A DNA stretch of 64,000 bases, taken from assembly GCA_963699755.1 (NCBI GenBank), contig CAVOVB010000005.1, positions 231,831 to 295,830 of the forward strand. Reading direction: 5' to 3'. Origin of the DNA: an uncultured delta proteobacterium. Lineage in GTDB: Bacteria; Myxococcota_A; Polyangia; Polyangiales; Houyiibacteriaceae. Below the pieces are notes generated by a model. The model saw nothing but the letters and a program-made list of their open reading frames with translations. It ran no database searches and had not been told where the DNA came from. Of the stretch, positions 9,143 to 19,131 are shown piece after piece; positions within the stretch are counted from its first letter, which is position 1, and each line of letters starts with the position of its first letter. Made by a program: the position numbers and the translations under genes.

Positions 9143-10045
9143 ATGAGCAAGCAGAACTGGAACGCAGAGCAGCTCGGTGACCAAACCGGCCGCGTCGCGA
9201 TCGTGACTGGGTCCAACAGCGGAATTGGTTTCGAAACCGCGCGGGTGCTCGCCGGCAAGGGCTCGACCGTGGTGATGGCGTGCCGGAATCTCGGCAAGGC
9301 CAATCCCAAAGCCGAGGAGATTCGTGTTGCGCACCCCGGCGCCGATGTCGAAGTCATGCCGCTCGACCTCTCGGACCTCGACTCGGTTCGGCGCTTTGCC
9401 GAAGCGTTTCGCGCCAAACATTCGCGCCTCGATCTCCTGATCAACAATGCGGGGATCATGGTTCCGCCGTACGGCAAGACCGCCCAGGGTTTCGAAACAC
9501 AGTTCGGAGTCAACCATCTCGGACACTTCGCGCTCACCGGATCCTTACTGGACCTCATCACCGGGACCCCCGGTTCGCGCATCGTCACCGTGAGCAGCAT
9601 CGCCCACCTCGTGGGCACGATTGATTTCTCGGATCTCAACTGGGAGGACGGCTACAAGGCGCAGGCCGCGTACGGTCGAAGCAAGCTCGCGAATCTCTTG
9701 TTTACCTATGAGCTCCAGCGACGCTTGGCCGCAGCGGGCAAAGACACACTCGCCGTCGCCGCACACCCGGGCTGGACCGCAACCAACCTACAAGAGAATG
9801 CGAAGGCAGCGAAGTTCTTGAATCGCTTCCTTGCGCAGCGACCCCTGATGGGCGCCCTACCCACTCTCTACGCCGCCACCGAACCGAGCGTGCGTGGCGC
9901 GGAGTACTTCGGCCCTGGCGGCTTCATGGAGCTGAACGGCGCGCCAAAGAAGGTGAAGTCCAACAAGCGCTCGCACGATCAAAACCTGGCCGAGCGTCTC
10001 TGGAACGTCTCCGAGGAGCTCACGGGCGTTCGATTTCGGATCTAG
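9143..10045 (+). CDS. SDR oxidoreductase (retinol dehydrogenase/protochlorophyllide reductase-like)
   Basis: TGSNSGIG, NNAG, FGVNHLGHF, YGRSK and HPG motifs; RBS GGAGG. Confidence 0.9.
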   Translation: MSKQNWNAEQLGDQTGRVAIVTGSNSGIGFETARVLAGKGSTVVMACRNLGKANPKAEEIRVAHPGADVEVMPLDLSDLDSVRRFAEAFRAKHSRLDLLINNAGIMVPPYGKTAQGFETQFGVNHLGHFALTGSLLDLITGTPGSRIVTVSSIAHLVGTIDFSDLNWEDGYKAQAAYGRSKLANLLFTYELQRRLAAAGKDTLAVAAHPGWTATNLQENAKAAKFLNRFLAQRPLMGALPTLYAATEPSVRGAEYFGPGGFMELNGAPKKVKSNKRSHDQNLAERLWNVSEELTGVRFRI

Positions 10046-10074
10046 CTTTTGCTGAATCGATGGTAGAAGGGCCT

Positions 10075-12909
10075 ATGCGTTTGGCCCTGGTTCTATCCAT
10101 CGGACTCGTCGTACTCGGATGCGGCGATGACAGCAGCGGCGGCGGCAGTGGTGGAAGCGGCGGTAGCGGCGGCGGCGACGCTCTGGATCTCGAGATTGGG
10201 TCTGGGGACGTTCGGGCGGGGCGTCTGTCGGAAGACCAGCTGCCCGACGACCCGAACGGCCTCGCCGTTTGGGAGGCGGGCGATTTCGCGCTCGTCAACG
10301 AGCACATCGCCGTGATCATCGAAGATGCAGGGGTTTCGGATCTATACCTGCCCTTTGGTGGGAGCATCGTAGGGATCGCGCGCTACGAAGAGGGCGCGCT
10401 CGTCGACCGCGCCGACTACAACGAGTTCGCAATAGGCCTGCGGCGCTTTCTCGTCGCGGCCGAAACGGTTTCGTTGATCAACGACGGCCGCGATGGAAAC
10501 CCCGCGGTCGTACGCGCCGAGGGGCCGCTTCGGGCGATTCCGTTCCTCGAAGACGTGTTGAACGGACCCAACGGCGGAACGATCTTCGGAAATCTTCTCC
10601 TGGGCGTGCCGCCTCCTGAGGACGAGGCCTTCCAAAGCACCCGCGTCCAAGTGGACTACGAGCTTGCGCCGGGCGCGGAGCACCTGGACGTGTACTACAC
10701 GGTCGACACCGCCCTCACCAACATCAAGCCGACGTACCTGATGATGCAGAGCAAACGCATGGCCCCCTACGTGCCCGGCCAGGGCTTTGGCACGGGCAAC
10801 CTGACCCTCGAGTATGCCTACATGGCGTTCGCCGATGATGACGCTGCCAGCTACGCCATCGAAGACGTGTCGGGTCCGATGGGAGCTGCGCTCAGCGCCG
10901 GGGCTACCTTTGGCATCACCAACCCGGAGGTCTCCGGCGTGCTGCCACTCTCGAGAATCCTGCCGATCGAGTTCGAAGCCGGCAAGCGAGAGCACTTGAT
11001 GCGGATGCACGTCGGGGGCTCCGGCATCGACGGCTTACTGGAGGCGATCGCGCGCACCAAGGGAGAGCCGACTCGGACGATCACCGGCATGGTGCAGCAC
11101 GCGGATGGCTCGCCGGCTCGAGGAGTTCGGGTGCATGCCGAGACGACCGACGCAGCGCCTGTCTATCTAACCCGATCCCTGAGCGGCGCCGATGGCGCAT
11201 ACGCGCTCACCGTGCCCGAAGGCCAGGAGGTTCAGCTGCGCGCATACCGGCGAGGCGATGGAATTTCGGACCCGGTGGTAGTGCCGGCATCCGGGACATC
11301 GGCGAACGTGATGCTTCCGGCGAAAGGCACCATTCGGGTGACGGCCACCGACGCGAATTCGAACACAGCGCTACCGGTGCGTGTGCAAGTGATCGACGAG
11401 AACGCCTATCAGCCACCCGCCAAGTATGGCGAGCCCATCGTGCCGCGCGACGACCGCCTTCACCTGGTCTTTCCAACGGACGGGCAGGCGGTCCTGAGCG
11501 CGCCGCCAGGAGACTATCAGGTCGTCGTCTCGCGAGGCTACGAGTACGACATCGTCGACACGAACGTGACCGTCAAGGCGGGCGAAGAAACACCACCCGT
11601 CATTGCCCAGCTCACGCGCGTCGTCGATTCGATGGGAGTCATGTGCGGAGACTTCCATATTCACACGCACCGCTCTCCGGATGCGACGGACTCGCCGGAG
11701 TTCAAGTTGATGGCTGCAGCCGGAGACGGCGTCGAGCTACCGGTGCGCACCGATCACGAGTTCGTTGCAGACTTCGAGCCTGTGGTGGCTTCGCTCGGCC
11801 TCGAGGCCTGGATGTACGGGTTCTCGGCACTCGAGCTCACGACCTCTTCGTTTGGCCATTTCGGGGTCTTTCCGTTGACTCCCGACCCGACCCTGCCGAA
11901 CGACGGCGCGATTAGCTGGAACCGCATCAATGAGGAGTCTGGCGCCGTGGAGATCCTCGAACCCATTCCGGTGATCAACGACGCTCGCAGCCGGCCAGGC
12001 AACCCCGAGGTGATCATGTTTCATCCACGTGCCAAGCCGGGCACGGGCGGTGGCTTTGGCGAGCTCATCGGGGAAAATTATTTCATGGGTTGGAATGATC
12101 CGTTTACCAACACGGGCGGCGTCCAGTACCGCCCGAGCACCGACACGATTTTGCGCATGGACATCGACGAGAGGACCTGGTGGGATTTGGACTTCAGGGT
12201 CGTCGAGGTCTTCAACGACAGCTCGTTCGCGGAGAACAAACAGAACGATGGCCGGATCTATCCGAGAGACCCTACGGACGAAGACGCCAGTGACGAGATT
12301 GGGACGGTCGACGATTGGTTTGGTCTACTCAATAGCGACATGCGCGACGGGGTGTTTGCCGTGGGCTCCTCCGATAGCCACATCATCATGGGCGGCAGCC
12401 CGGTTGGCTATCCGCGAACCTGTGTGTTTGTGGGCACTGACGATCCGGCAGTGCTTCGGGCGGACCCCAACCCGCCGCAGACGGTGAAAAATCTCATCAG
12501 GGATGGCCGTTCGGTGATCAACGGCGGCATCTACATCCGCCCCACGAACGAAGGAGTGCGGCCGGGAGACACGATCACGGGCGCCGGCCCCTACCAGATC
12601 GAGCTGGAGGTTCAGGCCCCGCTCTGGGTTGGCGACGTGGAGCTCATCGAAATGTGGATGAGCTCGAACAAGGTCATCACGAGGATTGAGCTCGCAGTCG
12701 GCACGGACCCCGAGATCGACAACGAATCGGTGCTCCGCTACTCGGAATCCGTCCCGGTGCCAGATGGCACCGACTGGGTCGTTTTTCACGCGCGAGGCGC
12801 CTACGACCCGACGATCGAGAGCCGCAACGACCAGACGCAGACCCTCGACCCGGTGCACCCCGGTCGGCTTCCCTTTGGGGTCACCAACCCGATCTTTTTC
12901 GGGCCATAG
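10075..12909 (+). CDS. Large lipoprotein, CehA/McbA-like PHP metallohydrolase with carboxypeptidase-regulatory-like domains
   Basis: Lipobox VLGC plus Gly/Ser linker; DFHIHT, TDHE, GHFG, HPR and SDSH metal-ligand motifs; C-terminal TNPIF. Confidence 0.75.
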   Translation: MRLALVLSIGLVVLGCGDDSSGGGSGGSGGSGGGDALDLEIGSGDVRAGRLSEDQLPDDPNGLAVWEAGDFALVNEHIAVIIEDAGVSDLYLPFGGSIVGIARYEEGALVDRADYNEFAIGLRRFLVAAETVSLINDGRDGNPAVVRAEGPLRAIPFLEDVLNGPNGGTIFGNLLLGVPPPEDEAFQSTRVQVDYELAPGAEHLDVYYTVDTALTNIKPTYLMMQSKRMAPYVPGQGFGTGNLTLEYAYMAFADDDAASYAIEDVSGPMGAALSAGATFGITNPEVSGVLPLSRILPIEFEAGKREHLMRMHVGGSGIDGLLEAIARTKGEPTRTITGMVQHADGSPARGVRVHAETTDAAPVYLTRSLSGADGAYALTVPEGQEVQLRAYRRGDGISDPVVVPASGTSANVMLPAKGTIRVTATDANSNTALPVRVQVIDENAYQPPAKYGEPIVPRDDRLHLVFPTDGQAVLSAPPGDYQVVVSRGYEYDIVDTNVTVKAGEETPPVIAQLTRVVDSMGVMCGDFHIHTHRSPDATDSPEFKLMAAAGDGVELPVRTDHEFVADFEPVVASLGLEAWMYGFSALELTTSSFGHFGVFPLTPDPTLPNDGAISWNRINEESGAVEILEPIPVINDARSRPGNPEVIMFHPRAKPGTGGGFGELIGENYFMGWNDPFTNTGGVQYRPSTDTILRMDIDERTWWDLDFRVVEVFNDSSFAENKQNDGRIYPRDPTDEDASDEIGTVDDWFGLLNSDMRDGVFAVGSSDSHIIMGGSPVGYPRTCVFVGTDDPAVLRADPNPPQTVKNLIRDGRSVINGGIYIRPTNEGVRPGDTITGAGPYQIELEVQAPLWVGDVELIEMWMSSNKVITRIELAVGTDPEIDNESVLRYSESVPVPDGTDWVVFHARGAYDPTIESRNDQTQTLDPVHPGRLPFGVTNPIFFGP

Positions 12910-12927
12910 TCGAGCGAAATCCAGCAC

Positions 12928-12955
12928 TTGACAGGTGCAAAAGGCAGGCTATCTC
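12928..12955 (+). promoter_or_regulatory. Putative sigma70 promoter of tRNA-Asn
   Basis: TTGACA-N16-TATCTC just upstream of the tRNA. Confidence 0.5.
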
Positions 12956-12965
12956 TGGCAGCCAT

Positions 12966-13041
12966 TCCAGCGTAGCTCAGTTGGTAGAGCGGGCGACTGT
13001 TAATCGCTTGGTCATAGGTTCGAGTCCTATCGCTGGAGCCA
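12966..13041 (+). tRNA. tRNA-Asn(GTT)
   Basis: Acceptor TCCAGCG/CGCTGGA, D-arm GCTC/GAGC, anticodon loop CTGTTAA, T-arm ATAGG-TTCGAGT-CCTAT, encoded CCA. Confidence 0.97.
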
Positions 13042-13044
13042 GTT

Positions 13045-13076
13045 GAGGGGCCTTCTCAAGAGCTAGATGGCCTTTT
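13045..13076 (+). terminator. Putative intrinsic terminator after tRNA-Asn
   Basis: Imperfect GGCCTTCT...AGATGGCC stem followed by TTTT. Confidence 0.5.
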
Positions 13077-13163
13077 CATATTCAGAAACCTGGGCAGGAG
13101 CAGGATTCGAACCGACGGTGTCCTCGCCCCGCTTTGCGGGCCTCCGTGGTGGCGCCGCACGTC

Positions 13164-14387
13164 CTATCGCCCGCTCGCGTTCGACGCCGATCCAATGCAC
13201 TGCAAAGTCTGCTCGGCGATCTCTAGTTCTTCGTTGGTCGGCACCACCAGCACCGGGAGGGAAGTGCCTTCGCGATGGATGGCTCGGGCTTCCTTCGCCT
13301 GGGCTCGATTGCGAGCTTCGTCAAGCTGGATGCCCATGCGCTCGAGCCCTTCGCAAGCGCGCTCGCGAATGTCCGGCGAATTCTCGCCAACTCCTGCGGT
13401 GAAAACGACTGCGTCGACGCGGTCGAGCGCTGCCATGTAGCCGCCGATATACTTGCGAATGCGATGGACGTAGACGTCGAGGGCAAGTTTGGCCCGCGCG
13501 TCCCCAGTCGCCTCGCGTTCGAGCACGTCTCTTACGTCCCCAACGCCGCACAAGCCAGCGAACCCACTCTCACCGTTCAGGTCTGCGTCAATCTGGTCGA
13601 TGCTGATTCCACGCTGGCGCGCGAGGTAGATGATCGCTCCGGGATCGATGTCGCCGGAGCGCGTGCCCATCACCAAACCTTCGAGGGGTGTCAGACCCAT
13701 GGAGGTGTCCAGGCTCTTGCCATTCGCGATGGCGGTCGCGCTCGCCCCGTTTCCGAGGTGCAGCGCGATCATATTCAGCTCGCCCAGGGGCCGGCCGAGA
13801 TGTGCGGCCGCCTGCTTGGCCACGTAGGCGTACGAGGTGCCGTGGAAGCCATAGCGACGCACCCCGTGGGATGCGTACCAGTCCTCGGGGACGGCGTATC
13901 GGTAGGCGCGGGGCGGAATGCTCTGATGGAAAGCCGTGTCGAATACCGCAACCTGCGGTACATCGGGCCGGCGTGCCATGGCTACCTCGATGCACAGGAG
14001 GTTGGCGGGGTTGTGCAGCGGCGCGAGCGGCGAGAGCTCCCGAATGGTCTCGATCACCCGATCGTCGACCAGCGTGGGTTTGCGAAAAGCGTCACCTCCA
14101 TGAACGACCCGATGTCCGATGCCGACCAGCTCGGCACCATCTGCCGTCATTGTGGCATCGGGGAGCGTGCTCATGATTCTATCGAGAGCGGCGGCGTGAT
14201 CTGCGAAGTCGCAGACGCTGGTCGTGCCCCGGAGCGCTCCGGTCGCATCTCGCTGACCGTGAACGAGCCGGCTGCCCGAGTCGCCAATTCGCTCCGCGGC
14301 GCCCTTCGCGAGCAGAACCCGCTCGCCCAGATCGAAGAGCTGGTACTTGATCGAAGAGCTTCCGGAGTTGAGAACCAGGACCCTCAC
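13164..14387 (-). CDS. ackA: Acetate kinase
   Basis: LNSGSSSIK, GHRVVHGG, APLHNP, RRYGFHGTS, GVGEN and PTNEE motifs; GTG start overlaps the pta stop. Confidence 0.96.
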   Translation of the reverse strand: MRVLVLNSGSSSIKYQLFDLGERVLLAKGAAERIGDSGSRLVHGQRDATGALRGTTSVCDFADHAAALDRIMSTLPDATMTADGAELVGIGHRVVHGGDAFRKPTLVDDRVIETIRELSPLAPLHNPANLLCIEVAMARRPDVPQVAVFDTAFHQSIPPRAYRYAVPEDWYASHGVRRYGFHGTSYAYVAKQAAAHLGRPLGELNMIALHLGNGASATAIANGKSLDTSMGLTPLEGLVMGTRSGDIDPGAIIYLARQRGISIDQIDADLNGESGFAGLCGVGDVRDVLEREATGDARAKLALDVYVHRIRKYIGGYMAALDRVDAVVFTAGVGENSPDIRERACEGLERMGIQLDEARNRAQAKEARAIHREGTSLPVLVVPTNEELEIAEQTLQCIGSASNASGR

Positions 14388-16483
14388 GACCTGCTCTTCG
14401 CCGCCTGAGCCTGAACGGCGGTCACTGCCACCGTGTTCACGATGTCGGCCACCGAGCATCCTCGGCTCAGGTCATTGACCGGCTTGTTGAGGCCTTGCAG
14501 GATCGGCCCGATCGCCACGGCGCCCGCAGAGCGCTGCACGGCCTTGTAGGTGTTGTTCCCGGTGTTGAGGTCGGGAAAGATGAACACCGTCGCGCGCCCG
14601 GCGACGACGCTGTCCGGAAGCTTCTTCCGCGCCACCCCTGGATCCACCGCGGCGTCGTACTGCATCGGGCCTTCGATCAGTAGGTCGGGTCGGCGAGCGC
14701 GGGCGATCTCCGTGGCCTCCCGCACATGGGCCACGTCCTCGCCCTGGCCGGAGTTCCCTGTCGAATAGGAAAGCATGGCCACGCGCGGCTCGATTCCGAA
14801 CATCGCCGCGGTTCCCGCCGAGCTGATTGCAATGTCGGCGAGCTGCGCTGCGTTCGGATTCGGGTTCACCGCACAGTCTCCGTAGACCAGCACGCGATCG
14901 CGCAGGCACATGAGAAAGACGCTCGACACGACCGAGACACCTTCACGCGTCCGAATGAACTCCAAGGCCGGGCGGATCGTGTGCGCTGTCGTGTGAGCGG
15001 CGCCGGAAACCATCCCGTCGGCGATTCCCTCGTACACCATCATCGAACCAAAGTAGCTCACGTCGCCCATTAGATCGTGGGCGCGGTCCTCGGTCACTCC
15101 CTTGTGCCTTCGCAGCTCGACATACCTGTCCGCGAAGCCGGCGCGCCATTCGGACGTGAGCGGATCGACGATTTGGGCGCCTTCGAGATGTACGCCCTGT
15201 GTGGAGGCGAGCTCGCGAATCTCCGCCGGATCGCCGAGCAAGGTGAGTTTAGCAACCCGTCGGCGCAGCAAGATTTCGGCGGCGCGCAAGATGCGTTCGT
15301 CGTCGCCCTCGGGAAGCACAATGTGTTGACGGCTAACCTTGGCCCGCTCGATGAGCTCGTACTCGAAACGCAGAGGCGTCACTCGTGCCGAATGGCTCAC
15401 CTGAATACGCTCGATGAGCTTCGGCAGGTCCACGTGTTCCTCGAAGAGTCCCAGGGCGGTCGCGATCTTGCGGTCGTCTCCGGCGCGAATCGCTCCCCCC
15501 AACTCGTCGACAGCGGTGGCGGTTGCGAAGGTGTCATCGTCGACGCCGATGACGGGAACCGCAGTCCGCCGCAGGCCCTTGATGAGCCGCGTCACCGGCT
15601 CCGGGGGTTCGAGACCACCCGTCAGCACGATCGCAGCGATGTTTGGATAGGACTCGGAGCGGACCGATGCCAGACAGGCGAGCACGACATCGGCCCGATC
15701 GCCGCCCGTAATCACCATGGTGCCAGAGTGGAGGTGTGTCAGAACGTTGGGCAACTCCATCGCGGCCACCATCACTTCGCGGATGAGCCCCTGAAGGCGC
15801 TGTTCGTCGCCGAACATCAACCTCCCATCGAGCGCGTGCATGACGTCGGCGATGCTCGGATGACCAAGGGTTTCATCCTCGGGCACCAAGTACGAGGGAT
15901 CCTGGCCGCGCCATTCTGTCGCAAAACGTTCCTCGACCTGATCGAGCCGTTCGGGGGCCACTCGGTTGACCAAGGTCGCCACGATGGCGCAGCCCTCCCG
16001 CTCGAAGGCTCGTCGCGCTGCCCTGACGTCCTCGAGGATTTCGTCCGGCTCGCGACCTTGCGCATTCGCCACGAAGAACACCGGCGTACCCAGGTGAGCT
16101 GCTACCCGAGCGTTGAACTCGAACTCGAATGCTGCCCCAACGCCCGTGTAGTCGGTCCCTTCGCAGACCACGAAATCGCACTCGGACTCCAAATGCTTGT
16201 AGCGCTGGAGGATCCGCGCCAGCAGCTCATCGGACCGATCGGCCGCAGCCATGGCGCGCGCCTCGTCGTAGGGCCCCCCGCTCGAGGCATCGGCGTCTTG
16301 GCGCAGCGCGTACCGGGAACGCATGAGACGGATCTCCCTATCGGTTTCGGCCAGGCCGTTGACCACCGGTCGAAAGAAGCCGAGTCGCTCCACCCTCCGA
16401 GAGGCTAGCTCCATCAAGCCGAGCGCGGCGAGCGACTTGCCGGCGCGCGCTTGTATCGATGCGATGTAGACGCCTTTTGCCAC
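14384..16483 (-). CDS. pta: Phosphate acetyltransferase, long form (BioD-like + DRTGG + PTA domains)
   Basis: ITGGDR, VLPEG, DCAVNPNP and FPDLNTGNNTYKAVQR motifs; GTG start after GGAGG. Confidence 0.96.
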   Translation of the reverse strand: MAKGVYIASIQARAGKSLAALGLMELASRRVERLGFFRPVVNGLAETDREIRLMRSRYALRQDADASSGGPYDEARAMAAADRSDELLARILQRYKHLESECDFVVCEGTDYTGVGAAFEFEFNARVAAHLGTPVFFVANAQGREPDEILEDVRAARRAFEREGCAIVATLVNRVAPERLDQVEERFATEWRGQDPSYLVPEDETLGHPSIADVMHALDGRLMFGDEQRLQGLIREVMVAAMELPNVLTHLHSGTMVITGGDRADVVLACLASVRSESYPNIAAIVLTGGLEPPEPVTRLIKGLRRTAVPVIGVDDDTFATATAVDELGGAIRAGDDRKIATALGLFEEHVDLPKLIERIQVSHSARVTPLRFEYELIERAKVSRQHIVLPEGDDERILRAAEILLRRRVAKLTLLGDPAEIRELASTQGVHLEGAQIVDPLTSEWRAGFADRYVELRRHKGVTEDRAHDLMGDVSYFGSMMVYEGIADGMVSGAAHTTAHTIRPALEFIRTREGVSVVSSVFLMCLRDRVLVYGDCAVNPNPNAAQLADIAISSAGTAAMFGIEPRVAMLSYSTGNSGQGEDVAHVREATEIARARRPDLLIEGPMQYDAAVDPGVARKKLPDSVVAGRATVFIFPDLNTGNNTYKAVQRSAGAVAIGPILQGLNKPVNDLSRGCSVADIVNTVAVTAVQAQAAKSRS

Positions 16484-16603
16484 TTGCCGCCTCCGGGGCG
16501 CCGCAGGATTGCACTGCCTCGGAGCGGGTTCAATTGGTCTCGAAGGGGGGATGGGTCTTCCGGCTCGCGGGCGCGACGAATTCTGCGATGATCGCACCTG
16601 CGC

Positions 16604-17692
16604 ATGGACTATCTGAAATCGATCCCGGAGCTCCTTCACGATTGGCTGCCGATGCTGGTCACGCTCCTGATCGGCATTGTGGTGCTCTCGGGCGCCTATT
16701 GGCTCCTCATCAAGCGCGCGCCGCCGACCTCCGGCAGCATGGCCACGAGGCAGCTCCTGATGGCGGCGCTGACCGGAATCCTGATCATCGCGGTCATTCT
16801 CGAGCTGCCAATCGGAGACGCCCCCCGGGGGCAGCTGATGAGTCTACTCGGGATTCTCGTCACCGCAGCCGTCGCACTATCCTCCACGACGCTCCTGGGC
16901 AACGCGATGGCAGGACTGATGCTGAAGTCGATTCGCAATTTCAAGCCTGGCGACTTCATCATCGTGGAGGGGCACCGGGGCCGCGTCTCGGAGCTAGGCC
17001 TTTTGCGGACCGAGATCCAGACCGAGCGGCGCAATCTCACGACCTTCCCGAACCTCTACCTGGTCAACAACCCAGTCACAGTGGTGCGCACATCCGGCAC
17101 GTTCATCGCGGCGACGGTTTCGCTCGGCTACGACGTGCCACGCGAAAAGGTCGAAAGCTGTTTGGTCGAAGCGGCGGAGCATGCTGGCCTCACCGATCCA
17201 TTCCTGTTCGTCCTCGAGCTCGGCGACTTCTCGATTACCTATCAGGCAGCGGGGTTCCTGCAAGACGTGAAGTTTTTGATCAGCGCAGAGTCCGCGCTCC
17301 GCGAGAACATGCTGGATTCGCTTCATCAGGCCGGCATCGAGATCGTATCGCCGACCTTCATGAATCAGCGCCAGCTCAAACTGGAGCAGCGGTTCATTCC
17401 CAAAGTGGAGCACGCGACCAAGCCCCCAGCCGCCGACGAGGAATCCCGTCCCGAGGAGCGCATGTTCGACAAGGCCGAGATCGCTGAGAAAGAAGGCAGG
17501 GCGGAGGAGCAGCTCAAAGATGTCCTTGCGGAGCTCGAAAAGCTCAAGAAGAAGGAGCTCGAGGAGGTCGACCCGGAAACCTCGCGGGCACGGATCAACG
17601 AGCTCGACGCCCGGCGCTCCGAGCTCGAAGCCGAGATCCTCGCACACAAGGAGCTGAAGGAAGAAGATGAAGCCGCCGACGAGGAGCCCTAG
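16604..17692 (+). CDS. Small-conductance mechanosensitive channel family protein with acidic coiled-coil tail
   Basis: Three TM segments, NAMAGLML and FKPGDFI...GRV MscS motifs; E/K-rich C-terminus. Confidence 0.85.
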   Translation: MDYLKSIPELLHDWLPMLVTLLIGIVVLSGAYWLLIKRAPPTSGSMATRQLLMAALTGILIIAVILELPIGDAPRGQLMSLLGILVTAAVALSSTTLLGNAMAGLMLKSIRNFKPGDFIIVEGHRGRVSELGLLRTEIQTERRNLTTFPNLYLVNNPVTVVRTSGTFIAATVSLGYDVPREKVESCLVEAAEHAGLTDPFLFVLELGDFSITYQAAGFLQDVKFLISAESALRENMLDSLHQAGIEIVSPTFMNQRQLKLEQRFIPKVEHATKPPAADEESRPEERMFDKAEIAEKEGRAEEQLKDVLAELEKLKKKELEEVDPETSRARINELDARRSELEAEILAHKELKEEDEAADEEP

Positions 17693-19005
17693 CCGAGCTC
17701 GAGGCTGATGCCGACGACGAGCTGGTAGTCGTTTTTCTTGATCGCGGGCCCCAAGGGGTCCGGAGGCGGCCCTGGCTGCTCGGTTCGCAAGTAGAGAAAT
17801 GCGATGTCGAGATCGATCACCTTGGTCAGCTCGATTGCGAGGTCGGCTTGACCGGTGTGGTTGGTATTGCCGATCGTGGTGAACACCAGGTTGGTGAGCC
17901 AGCTCAGGGTGAGGTCGATGTCGCCCGTGATGTCGAAGTCTGCGTACGTGAAGAGGGGAACGAAGCCATCGTTCTGGGGGTTTTTTCCGGATGTCAGCTC
18001 GGACGCATCCTTGTACCTGAGAAACTGGTAACCCAAGCCGGTGGCGAAATCCCACGTCGCCTTAGGCGCATCGATGATGTGAACGCCTGCGCCCGCTGCG
18101 GGCGTGGCTCGGAATTTGATGTTCTGGAATCGGTCGTTGAAGAGCTGACCAAAAGCCGGAGTAACCCACCAACGGCTTCCGAGAAACACGTTGAAGAGGA
18201 ACTGGCCCAAGTGTCGATTCACGTTTTGGGTGCCTCCGGTTCGACCAAACGTCGTGTTGTAGTTCAAGTCGAGAAGCGTCATTTCATCTTCGCGGTGGGT
18301 GTTGAACTTGATGTCGTAGGTCAGCTGGTCGGTATTTCCCTTGTTCAGCGTGAGTCCGAACCGGAGCTTCATCGACCACCAGTCCCTCTCCTCTTGGCCC
18401 TCGACAATCGAACCGAGCTCGCTTCTTGGAAAGGTCTTGGTCCCATCGTCGGTCTCGACGATGACCGTGTCCTGGGTGATGACTGCGCGACCGGTCGCTG
18501 AAACCCGATCATCGAAGACGTAGGTGTTGACTTGCGGCGAGTGCACGAGCGCGACGTCCGCGAAGTCGAGCTTCAACATGTCGAGCTTGTCGCTGTCGAA
18601 CTCCATCTTGTCTTGGCGCATTCGCTCGATGTTTCCCTTGATCCATTCGCCCGAAACCAGCTGGAGCCAATCGAAGGTGTCGCCAAACTGGATGACGTAG
18701 CGGTTTCCGACGCCGGCTGCGGCCTCACGTTCGATCGTCGCCATGCTCGCCTTCACCGAATCAATTGCATTGTTCGCGTCCATCGGCGCCGCCGGAACGC
18801 CACTAGGCTCGGTGATGAGCTCTGGGGCCGTCCCGTCAGGTTGAGCTTCGACGATCGCCTCGCCGGAGGATCCCGCTTCCGCTGCCAGTTCTTGCGCGGG
18901 CGGCTCTTCGGCTGCGACCGTCCGTGGGGAAAGATGGAGCAGCCCCGCCGCCAACAAGCTCGCTGAGAGGAGGTTCCGACCGAGATTGTTCGATATTTTC
19001 GTCAT
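17689..19005 (-). CDS. DUF481/YdiY-like outer membrane beta-barrel protein with N-terminal extension
   Basis: Signal peptide; GLTLNKGNT and DRFQNI..R motifs; alternating beta-strand pattern to the C-terminus. Confidence 0.7.
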   Translation of the reverse strand: MTKISNNLGRNLLSASLLAAGLLHLSPRTVAAEEPPAQELAAEAGSSGEAIVEAQPDGTAPELITEPSGVPAAPMDANNAIDSVKASMATIEREAAAGVGNRYVIQFGDTFDWLQLVSGEWIKGNIERMRQDKMEFDSDKLDMLKLDFADVALVHSPQVNTYVFDDRVSATGRAVITQDTVIVETDDGTKTFPRSELGSIVEGQEERDWWSMKLRFGLTLNKGNTDQLTYDIKFNTHREDEMTLLDLNYNTTFGRTGGTQNVNRHLGQFLFNVFLGSRWWVTPAFGQLFNDRFQNIKFRATPAAGAGVHIIDAPKATWDFATGLGYQFLRYKDASELTSGKNPQNDGFVPLFTYADFDITGDIDLTLSWLTNLVFTTIGNTNHTGQADLAIELTKVIDLDIAFLYLRTEQPGPPPDPLGPAIKKNDYQLVVGISLELG

Positions 19006-19131
19006 GACGCGGACGGTTCTAGGTCAGCCGGCCGAAATCGTAAAGGCCCAACAGGGGACTTTTCCGCCCCCGCCCTGGCGGGTGACGCTGCGGTCGCTTT
19101 GCGCTAAAAGCGAGGGCTCCAAGGAGGCAAG

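Noticed and set aside
10128..10177. GGC/AGC-rich low-complexity run
   Set aside because: It encodes the ordinary Gly/Ser linker after the lipoprotein cysteine.
12966..19005. Intact genomic island integrated at tRNA-Asn
   Set aside because: No integrase, no direct repeat of the tRNA-Asn 3' end and no obvious compositional shift. Only the small fragment reported as a finding was seen.
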